Translations under genes and position numbers: made by a program
Notes under the pieces: model-generated
The model's input: only the letters and a program-made list of their open reading frames with translations
Told to the model about the DNA's origin: nothing
Database searches by the model: none
Assembly: GCA_016184105.1 (NCBI GenBank)
Contig: JACPDI010000027.1
Location: 52,112 to 116,111 of the forward strand
DNA: 64,000 bases
Source: Acidobacteriota bacterium
GTDB taxonomy: Bacteria; Acidobacteriota; Vicinamibacteria; Vicinamibacterales; 2-12-FULL-66-21
Direction of reading: 5' to 3'
Shown: piece after piece, positions 6,802 through 13,298 of the stretch
Numbering within the stretch: position 1 is the first letter of the stretch
Layout of the letters: each line of letters begins with the position of its first letter

Positions 6802-8268
6802 ATGCCAGCCATGAACAGAATTCGCCTCGGCGTTGCGGTGCTTACCGCGGCCGTCGCCGCGGCGTGCGCGGATCCGGCGACCGTCAAGGCGCGACACGTC
6901 GCGAGCGGCGACCGGTACGTCGCGTCCGGCGCGGACACCGAGGCCATCATCGAATATCGGAATGCGCTGCAGCAGGATCCGCGCGACGGTCACGTGCGCC
7001 GCCGGCTCGCCGACGCGTTCGAGCGCACGTCCCAACCCGAGAAGGCGATGCGCGAGTACCTGCGGGCGGCGGACCTCCTTCCCGGCGACGCGGCGCTCCA
7101 GGTGAAGGCAGGCCAGTACCTTCTGCTCGCGAGGCAGTTCGCCGACGCACGGTCACGGGCCGAGAAGGTGCTCGCGAGGGATCCCCGCCAGGTCGACGCC
7201 CAGGTTCTGCTGGCGAACGCGCTCGCCGGCCTGCAGCAACTGAGTCAGGCCGTCCAGCAGATCGAGACCGCCGTCGCCACCGATCCGTCGCGCGCGGCCA
7301 GCTACACGAACCTCGCGTCGCTGAAGCTCGCGACCGGAGACCGTCGGGCGGCCGAGGCCGCCTTCCTCAAGGCCGTGGAGATTGACTCGCGGTCCGTTCC
7401 GGCACGGCTGGCGCTGGCCAACTTTTACTGGTCCGACGGGCGCAGCGACGAGGCCGAGGAGACGCTCAAGGCCGCGCTCCGGCTGGACCGGGACCACGAC
7501 CTGACGCAGCGCGCGCTGGCCATGTTCTACCTGTCGGCAGGCCGCGCGGCCGAAGCGGAAGCGCCGCTCAAGGCGCTGGCCGACAACACGAAGGATCCCG
7601 CGGCGCGACTCGCGCTGGCCGACTACTACTCGGGAACGGGACGCACCGCGGAGGCCCTGCGCGTGCTCGAGTCTTTGCGGGAGGGACCGCAGGCGACCGA
7701 GGCCCGGCTTCGAGAGGCCGCGATCCGGTACGACTCCGGAGAGCGGGAGGTTGCCGCTCGCGAGGTCGAGGCGCTGCTCGGGCGCGACGAGCAGCAGCCG
7801 CGGGCGCTGCTGCTGCAGGCCAGATGGGCGCTCTCCGAGGGACATCTCGACCGCGCGGCGGCAAAAGCGCGCGCCGCGGTCGCCGCCGATCCCCGATCGG
7901 CCGACGCGCACTCGGTGCTCGGCGCCGTCCACGGCGCGCGGCGGGAATACGAGGAAGCGGTGGCGGCATTCAGCGAGGTGCTGAGGCTCCGGCCGAGCGA
8001 CACGGCGGCGCCGCTCGCGCTCGCCAAGATCCATCTCGCGCGAGGCGAGGCGCGCTCGGCCGTTCCGTTCGCGCAGGCCGCCACGCGCGGCGACGAACCG
8101 TCGGACGAGGCGCAGATCGTCCTCGTGCAGGCGCTGCTCAAGACCCGCGACGTTCCAGGAGCCGAACGCGCGCTGCAGGCGGTCGTCGCCCGCGACCGGG
8201 CGCCGGCGCTGGTCAGCGCCGGCCTGATCGCGCTCGCGAGCACGTGGCCGCCGCGCCGAACGATGTGA
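6802..8268 (+). CDS. PEP-CTERM-system TPR-repeat lipoprotein (PrsT-like), N-terminal portion
   Basis: ORF 6616..8268 trimmed to ATG 6802 (SD GAGGAG 6790..6795). Lipoprotein-type signal MPAMNRIRLGVAVLTAAVAAAC. TPR repeats throughout. Confidence 0.8.
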   Translation: MPAMNRIRLGVAVLTAAVAAACADPATVKARHVASGDRYVASGADTEAIIEYRNALQQDPRDGHVRRRLADAFERTSQPEKAMREYLRAADLLPGDAALQVKAGQYLLLARQFADARSRAEKVLARDPRQVDAQVLLANALAGLQQLSQAVQQIETAVATDPSRAASYTNLASLKLATGDRRAAEAAFLKAVEIDSRSVPARLALANFYWSDGRSDEAEETLKAALRLDRDHDLTQRALAMFYLSAGRAAEAEAPLKALADNTKDPAARLALADYYSGTGRTAEALRVLESLREGPQATEARLREAAIRYDSGEREVAAREVEALLGRDEQQPRALLLQARWALSEGHLDRAAAKARAAVAADPRSADAHSVLGAVHGARREYEEAVAAFSEVLRLRPSDTAAPLALAKIHLARGEARSAVPFAQAATRGDEPSDEAQIVLVQALLKTRDVPGAERALQAVVARDRAPALVSAGLIALASTWPPRRTM

Positions 8269-8948
8269 GTGCCGCCATGCTCGCGGCCACCACCTTCGTG
8301 GCCACCAGCGCGCACGCGGACGCGGAAAAGCAGTTGAGGCGGGCGATCGCGCTCGACCCGGACCATTTGCCCGCGTACTCCATGCTCGGGCGCCTCTATC
8401 TGGCGACCAACCGGCTCGATGAAGGGCGGCGGGAGTTCGAGGCGCTCGCCCTGAAGCAGCCCCGGAACGAGGCGGCGCCCACCCTCATCGGCATGATCCT
8501 GCACGCGCAGAACCACCTCGCGGACGCGCAGAAATGGTACGAACGCGCGCTGCAGATCAGGGCCGACGCGGCCGTCGCGGCCAACAACCTCGCGTGGCTG
8601 TACGCCGAGCAGGGAGGGAACCTCGATATTGCGCTGCAGCTCGCGCAGACCGCGAAGCAGAAGATCCCGGACCACCCGGAGGTGAACGACACGCTCGGAT
8701 GGATCTATGTGAAGAAAGGTCTGCCGTCGCTCGCGCTGCGACCGCTGCAGGCCAGCGTTGCCGCTGAACCGTCGAACGCGACATATCAGTACCACCTTGG
8801 CGCCGCCTACGCGAAGCTCGGCGACACGGCGAACGCACGGCGCGTGCTCGGTCGCGTGCTGAAGGCGGGAACCGCGTTCCCCAACGCCCCCGACGCCCAG
8901 AAGCTGCTCGCGCAGCTCGGCGGACCGGACGGCACCCGATCGCGATGA
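8265..8948 (+). CDS. TPR-repeat protein; C-terminal continuation of the PrsT-like protein in another frame (split gene or frameshift)
   Basis: Last 228 codons of ORF 7824..8948. GTG 8265 overlaps the upstream stop (GTGA). TPR sequence LDPDHLPAYSMLGRLYLATNRLDEGRREFEALALKQP..NNLAWLYAEQGGNLDIALQLAQTA. Confidence 0.6.
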   Translation: MSAAMLAATTFVATSAHADAEKQLRRAIALDPDHLPAYSMLGRLYLATNRLDEGRREFEALALKQPRNEAAPTLIGMILHAQNHLADAQKWYERALQIRADAAVAANNLAWLYAEQGGNLDIALQLAQTAKQKIPDHPEVNDTLGWIYVKKGLPSLALRPLQASVAAEPSNATYQYHLGAAYAKLGDTANARRVLGRVLKAGTAFPNAPDAQKLLAQLGGPDGTRSR

Positions 8949-9061
8949 ACTCAGTCGTAGCGGCGGACGTGAGGTCTGCCCAGGCCCCGACGAAAGGGAC
9001 CCCGCCGCTCGACTTCCGCGCAGCCGCCCGCCGGGATCCACGCAATTTGGCGGTGTTTTGA

Positions 9062-9077
9062 TGGCACCCGCCTCGCA
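9062..9077 (+). promoter_or_regulatory. sigma-54-type -24/-12 candidate: TGGCAC-ccgcc-TCGCA
   Basis: Reads TGGCACCCGCCTCGCA. About 170 nt upstream of ATG 9246. Confidence 0.5.
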
Positions 9078-9245
9078 ACCCTTGGTCCGCGGCTCCGGCA
9101 GACGTGAGTTGTCGTGGAGCGGACAGCTGCCGCCCACAGGACGGTGACGCCCTCCGTGCGTCAGCGCGCTGTGCCCTCCGGGGGTCAGCGCGCTGTCCGT
9201 GCCAGGAGCGAGGACCGCGGTCAACACTTCCGGGAGGAGAAACGT

Positions 9246-10025
9246 ATGCGCGAGAGACGATCGATCATCGGGGCGGTCGTGTGCGTGGCCGCCATGCTGG
9301 CGTTCATGCCGGGAACGGCAATGGCGCAGGAGCAGGCGAACGCGGCAGGGGCGACACCAGAGCCGCTGCTCACGGCGTGCAACCACCTGTTTGGGGCTGG
9401 CAACCTCGTCTGGTGCGTCAGCAACGAGGGCAACCTGGTCCGCTTCACGTCGCCCGCGGGCTTCGAGCACATCGCCGTGGGCGGCATCTCCGAGGGCTAC
9501 GTCGTGTGCACTTCGGCGACGGGAAATTACTGGGACACCGCCCTGAGCGCGTCAGGATGGGGACCTCCGATCGTGCTGGCTTTGAGCGGCAGCGGAATCA
9601 CCATCCGCCGCACGACCACGGACGGCAGGTTCCAGCTCGATCAGAAGTGGAGCCGTGACACCCTGGAGCGGGACCTCACCGTGATGATGTCGCTGACCAA
9701 CTTCGGGGCGACGCAGAACGTGTTCCTCTTGCGGACCTCCGATCCGGACGTCGACAACGACTTCTCGGACGACCGGTTCGACAAGAGCGCACATGCCGGA
9801 TGGACGCGCGACTTCAACGCCGTGACGATGTCGAACCTGACGCTGACCGTTCCGCACAGCGTCATCATGAGCAACCCCGCCCCGATCGTGTCGTCGTGCT
9901 CGCCGGCTTTCCAGGTCGGCGTGCCCGGCGGGCCTGGCGATCCGGGCATCAGTATTCTCTACAACCTTGGCACCATGGCGACCGGCAAGAAGAAGGTCGT
10001 CAGGGTCAGCTACCGGGCGCAGTAG
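9246..10025 (+). CDS. secreted hypothetical protein
   Basis: ORF 9114..10025 trimmed to ATG 9246, preceded by GGGAGGAG (9232..9239). Signal peptide MRERRSIIGAVVCVAAMLAFMPGTAMA. No domain I recognise. Confidence 0.7.
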   Translation: MRERRSIIGAVVCVAAMLAFMPGTAMAQEQANAAGATPEPLLTACNHLFGAGNLVWCVSNEGNLVRFTSPAGFEHIAVGGISEGYVVCTSATGNYWDTALSASGWGPPIVLALSGSGITIRRTTTDGRFQLDQKWSRDTLERDLTVMMSLTNFGATQNVFLLRTSDPDVDNDFSDDRFDKSAHAGWTRDFNAVTMSNLTLTVPHSVIMSNPAPIVSSCSPAFQVGVPGGPGDPGISILYNLGTMATGKKKVVRVSYRAQ

Positions 10026-10032
10026 CGTCGAG

Positions 10033-10069
10033 GGGGACGGGCACCAAGGTGCCTGTCCCCTTTCTTCTT
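10033..10069 (+). terminator. rho-independent terminator
   Basis: 13-bp stem GGGGACGGGCACC / GGTGCCTGTCCCC (one mismatch), followed by TTTCTTCTT. Sits between convergent genes. Confidence 0.7.
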
Positions 10070-10071
10070 AC

Positions 10072-11703
10072 TTACTTCAGCGAACAACCTGCGGCGTTGA
10101 GCGCGCGCAGGACCCGTTCGAGCGATCGCATCCGCGCTTCCGACCGGCTGATCAGCACATCGCGGACCTGCGCAAGCAGGCGATCGGACCGGATCGGATA
10201 CCCGACAGCCGGGGACGTCGCACTGAGCAGGGCAGCCACGCCTTCCCTGAGCAGCGCCCGATCGGGGACGTGCGACGTGGAGCGGAGCGCGTCACCCACC
10301 GTGAGGCCCGCGAGGTCGGCCCGCTCCTCAGCGGTGATGGCGAACACCGCTCCGATCGTCGATGTGCGGGCGACGCCCCCAGGGAGCGCCGGCTGCGCAG
10401 CCCAGACCTCCGCCGAACAGCCCCGATCGGCCGGCGCGAGCGGACAGCCGTTGTCGACAACGCCGTCCCCGTCGTTGTCCAGCGTGTCGCCGCAGCTTTC
10501 GGCGCAGGGCGTGTCGACGGACCCGTCGCCGTCATTGTCCACGTGGTCGCCACAAATCTCCACGCAGTTGTCATCGACGACGCCGTTGCCGTCGTCGTCC
10601 ACGCCGTCGCCGCAGGGATCGGCGCAGCCTTCGTCGATCTCGCCATCGCCGTCGTTGTCGACGCCGTCGCAGACCTCGCGGCATCGCTCATCGACGCTGC
10701 CGTCGTTGTTGTTGTCGACGCCGTCGCCGCAGATTTCCGGCTGGCAGAGGTTCTCGGCGACGGGAAAGGTCACGGCGCGGAGCTTCGCCGCAACCCGCAG
10801 CGGCAGCGCCACGGGGGCGGCGCTCGCCCAGGAAAGGGTGCCCGGGACGCCGTCGCTCGCCGCGTACGCGATCGCGCACTCCCTGCCGGCGAGATCCTCG
10901 GCGGGCACTTCGGTGATGCGGGGGCGGCGGTCGGGCAAGGCCGACTCGGCGATGCCATACAGGGCGCTGCGCGGGGCGACCAGGTCGAAGTCGGCGATGC
11001 AGACGCCAATGTTCGTGAAGCTGACCCGGCCGTCGGCGGAGATCACGACCATGCGGCAGGCGGGCAGATCGCTCGCGGCCAGGATCGCGCCCGACCATGG
11101 CCCGTACCGTTCCGGCATGGCCGGTACCGTGATCACCGCGACCAGGTGCACGCCGGTGGCGGCGACGAGCGATACGCGGCGGTTCGATCCGATCTGCCAG
11201 ACGTTTCCGCCCGCGCTCGCCGCGATCAGCTCGCGGTCGAACCCGCCGGTCCGATCGACGTGGAGGGCGCTGATCACGTCCTGTTCAGCCGGGATGGTCA
11301 GCCATGGCCGTTCGGTGCGGCCCTCCTGGATCCGCAGCAGTTCTCCCGGCCTGCCGCCCGCGACGAAGACGTCCCCGACCGCGAAGCCGCTCGCCTCGTC
11401 ACGTACGACCGCAATGGGAGCGCCGGCGGCGATGTCCGGGAGTCGCGCGAACAGCTCGGCGGCGGCCTGCTGCCCCGGCGACGCCGTTTCGAGGCGGATG
11501 CCGGGCCTGTCGCCGCGCGTGTCCGCGCGTCCGACGAGGAGCGCTTCCTGTTCGGCGAGATACTCGATCGTGACCGGCGGGACGCGCTCGCGCGCCGTGG
11601 CTGGCCTGGCGGCCGAGGACTGCGCGGCGATCGAGGCGCCGGTGGCGCAGATCGCGACCGCGCCCAGCGCGGCCATGCCGTTCGTCGCCGTTCTAAGGGA
11701 CAT
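10072..11703 (-). CDS. secreted beta-propeller-like protein with five Cys/Asp-rich CGDGxDNDGDGxxDxxC repeats (paralog A)
   Basis: ORF 10072..11703. N-terminal signal-like MSLRTATNGMAALGAVAICATGASIAAQ. Repeats EICGDGVDNNNDGSVDERC, EVCDGVDNDGDGEIDEGC, etc. The C-terminal domain of about 115 aa is shared with 17254..18744. Confidence 0.8.
   Translation of the reverse strand: MSLRTATNGMAALGAVAICATGASIAAQSSAARPATARERVPPVTIEYLAEQEALLVGRADTRGDRPGIRLETASPGQQAAAELFARLPDIAAGAPIAVVRDEASGFAVGDVFVAGGRPGELLRIQEGRTERPWLTIPAEQDVISALHVDRTGGFDRELIAASAGGNVWQIGSNRRVSLVAATGVHLVAVITVPAMPERYGPWSGAILAASDLPACRMVVISADGRVSFTNIGVCIADFDLVAPRSALYGIAESALPDRRPRITEVPAEDLAGRECAIAYAASDGVPGTLSWASAAPVALPLRVAAKLRAVTFPVAENLCQPEICGDGVDNNNDGSVDERCREVCDGVDNDGDGEIDEGCADPCGDGVDDDGNGVVDDNCVEICGDHVDNDGDGSVDTPCAESCGDTLDNDGDGVVDNGCPLAPADRGCSAEVWAAQPALPGGVARTSTIGAVFAITAEERADLAGLTVGDALRSTSHVPDRALLREGVAALLSATSPAVGYPIRSDRLLAQVRDVLISRSEARMRSLERVLRALNAAGCSLK
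10444..10746 (-). repeat. five diverged coding repeats (about 20 aa each) of the Cys-bracketed DxDNDGDG motif
   Basis: Translation CQPEICGDGVDNNNDGSVDERCREVCDGVDNDGDGEIDEGCADPCGDGVDDDGNGVVDDNCVEICGDHVDNDGDGSVDTPCAESCGDTLDNDGDGVVDNGC. Confidence 0.8.
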
Positions 11704-11718
11704 GGGCGCCGACGCGAT

Positions 11719-11734
11719 CGCAAGAGAGATACCG
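11719..11734 (-). promoter_or_regulatory. weak sigma-54-type -24/-12 candidate for paralog A: CGGTAT-ctctc-TTGCG
   Basis: Reverse complement of 11719..11734. GG-N10-GC spacing is correct but the -24 is poor. The C of the -12 GC is 17 nt upstream of ATG 11703, the same geometry as three other minus-strand candidates. Confidence 0.3.
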
Positions 11735-11839
11735 CCTCTCCGGAATTCGATCGGAAAGTCGCCGCTGGGTCAGACTTTATAGTCGGGACAAGGAGCGGGA
11801 ATTCCGATATAACGGCGCTGACGCGGAGCAGGCCGCTGG

Positions 11840-12511
11840 ATGTACCGACGCCCGTTTCAAATCCTGCTGGCCGAGCCGGACACGCTCGCGGCGTATCAAG
11901 TCATGCGGGCGCTGAAAGAGCGCGACTATCTGGTGGCGAGCGCGACGTCGGCCAACCAGGCGCGCTGGTGGCTCGACCAGTGGCCGATCGACCTGATGAT
12001 CGCCGCCGCGCGGATCGGCAGCGAGCGCGGGCTCGCGCTGCTGCTCGCCGCGCGCAAGAAGCATCCGCTCGTCGCCGGCCTCCTGACCGGAAGCGAGAAG
12101 GATCGGCCGCTCGACATCGACGCCCGGCGCCACGGCTTTCAACTGCTCGTCCGCCCTTTCGAATCGGTGTACCTGTTGATGGTCGTCGCAGAGCTGCTGG
12201 CCGCGGTCCGGCGACGGCAGCGCTGGCCGCGAAAGGCGGTGCACGGCGCGGTTCCGGTCAAGGTGGCCGGCCGCGCCGGACGAGTGGTGGACGTGAGCTA
12301 CGGCGGCCTGCGATTTGAACTCGATGGTGAGATCGTCGACGTGCCATCGCCGATGATCATCCAGTTCGCGGGCGAGCGGCTCCGCGTGGAGGCGGAGCTG
12401 GTGTGGTCGGCGCGCGGCAGCGACGGCGTCTCGTCGGTGTGCGGCGTGGCGCTCAGCGATGCGTCGATGCCGGACCGCGCGTGGCGGAAGTTCGTGGACC
12501 GTGTGGCATAA
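11840..12511 (+). CDS. pseudo-receiver / PilZ-domain protein (putative c-di-GMP receptor)
   Basis: ORF 11840..12511. REC-like N-terminus (ILLAEPD..IDLMIAAARIG) lacks the acceptor Asp. C-terminal PilZ motifs RRRQRWPRK (RxxxR) and DVSYGG (DxSxxG). Confidence 0.8.
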   Translation: MYRRPFQILLAEPDTLAAYQVMRALKERDYLVASATSANQARWWLDQWPIDLMIAAARIGSERGLALLLAARKKHPLVAGLLTGSEKDRPLDIDARRHGFQLLVRPFESVYLLMVVAELLAAVRRRQRWPRKAVHGAVPVKVAGRAGRVVDVSYGGLRFELDGEIVDVPSPMIIQFAGERLRVEAELVWSARGSDGVSSVCGVALSDASMPDRAWRKFVDRVA

Positions 12512-13028
12512 CCTCCCTGCTCGTCGCGCCGGCGTCGCGGCCGCGGCGCTCGCCGCAGCGATGTCGACCGCGGGCACCTGCAACGGCGGCAGCGCCTCCG
12601 GTCCCGGTCCCTCGCGCGCCCTCGTGCGTGCGGGCCAGTGGGGCGGCGACCACGTGAGCCTGGTCGTACGGACCGCCGGCGGCACCATCGAGTACGACTG
12701 CGCGCGCGGAACGATCGACGAGCCGCCCGTCGTCGACGCGGCCGGCGCGTTCGACCTCGCCGGAACGCACGTGCGTGAAGGAGGCCCGGAAAGAGAGGGC
12801 GGGACGCAGGCGGGAGCGATCGCCCGCTTCCGCGGCCGCGTGGCCGGCGATCGCATGGAGCTGACCGTGACGATTCCACGCACGGGCGAAGTCGTCGGCA
12901 CCTTCGAGCTGCGGTTCGGGCGTCCCGGTGTGCTGCGGAAATGCCTGGCCCTCTCGAGTCTCCGCCAGCGCAAACAAAAACCGCACGACGCGCAGACTCC
13001 GTCCGCCGGGTCCCCATCACACGCTTGA
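12501..13028 (+). CDS. hypothetical secreted protein or lipoprotein
   Basis: ORF 12459..13028 trimmed to GTG 12501, which overlaps the PilZ gene stop. Signal-like WHNLPARRAGVAAAALAAAMSTAGTC. Start and C-terminal end are uncertain. Confidence 0.4.
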   Translation: MWHNLPARRAGVAAAALAAAMSTAGTCNGGSASGPGPSRALVRAGQWGGDHVSLVVRTAGGTIEYDCARGTIDEPPVVDAAGAFDLAGTHVREGGPEREGGTQAGAIARFRGRVAGDRMELTVTIPRTGEVVGTFELRFGRPGVLRKCLALSSLRQRKQKPHDAQTPSAGSPSHA

Positions 13029-13055
13029 ATTTGCGGCAAAAACCATCCCGCGCCC

Positions 13056-13071
13056 TGGCACGTGGCCTGCC
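13056..13071 (+). promoter_or_regulatory. sigma-54-type -24/-12 candidate: TGGCACG-tggc-CTGC
   Basis: Reads TGGCACGTGGCCTGCC. Perfect -24 TGGCACG and GC at the correct spacing. About 230 nt upstream of ATG 13299. Confidence 0.5.
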
Positions 13072-13121
13072 AGGGCCGCACGCGGCAGCGTGCGCCGGCT
13101 GGCGCCGCTGGAGGGAACGGA

Positions 13122-13235
13122 ATGGTGAAGATCCTGATTGCCTGCCTGCGGTGGGTCGCGCGCCATCGTCCCGCGCCGCCCACTGCGGAGAGCCGCGCGC
13201 ACGCCGAGCTGAATCTCTTTCTGTCGGCCGGATAG
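13122..13235 (+). CDS. possible 37-aa leader ORF
   Basis: Below the ORF-track cutoff. ATG 13122 lies 6 nt after GGAGGG. Translation MVKILIACLRWVARHRPAPPTAESRAHAELNLFLSAG, TAG at 13233..13235. Inside the predicted leader of the 13299 gene. Confidence 0.25.
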   Translation: MVKILIACLRWVARHRPAPPTAESRAHAELNLFLSAG

Positions 13236-13298
13236 CGCGTGCGCGCGGCGCGTCACGACCGGCCACCCGTTCGCCACCCGACCCGGAGGCACATCCCG

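Noticed and set aside
8235-8268. Programmed ribosomal frameshift joining the two TPR ORFs
   Set aside because: There is no slippery heptamer or downstream structure at the junction. A coupled GTGA restart, a mutation or a sequencing indel are simpler explanations.
9097-9103. GGCAGAC copies at 9097 (downstream of the 9062 promoter) and at 34113 (inside coding DNA)
   Set aside because: They do not sit upstream of a -24/-12 element. I keep them as a caution that the 7-mer also occurs by chance, not as regulatory sites.
7626-9470. 614-aa minus-strand ORF
   Set aside because: It is antisense to the TPR genes and spans an intergenic region with a promoter candidate. It has no motifs and a shadow composition.
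13082-13298. Riboswitch (for example c-di-GMP class) in the long leaders of the 13299 and 9246 genes
   Set aside because: I could not recognise the conserved cores of known riboswitch classes by eye. This needs a covariance-model scan before any claim.
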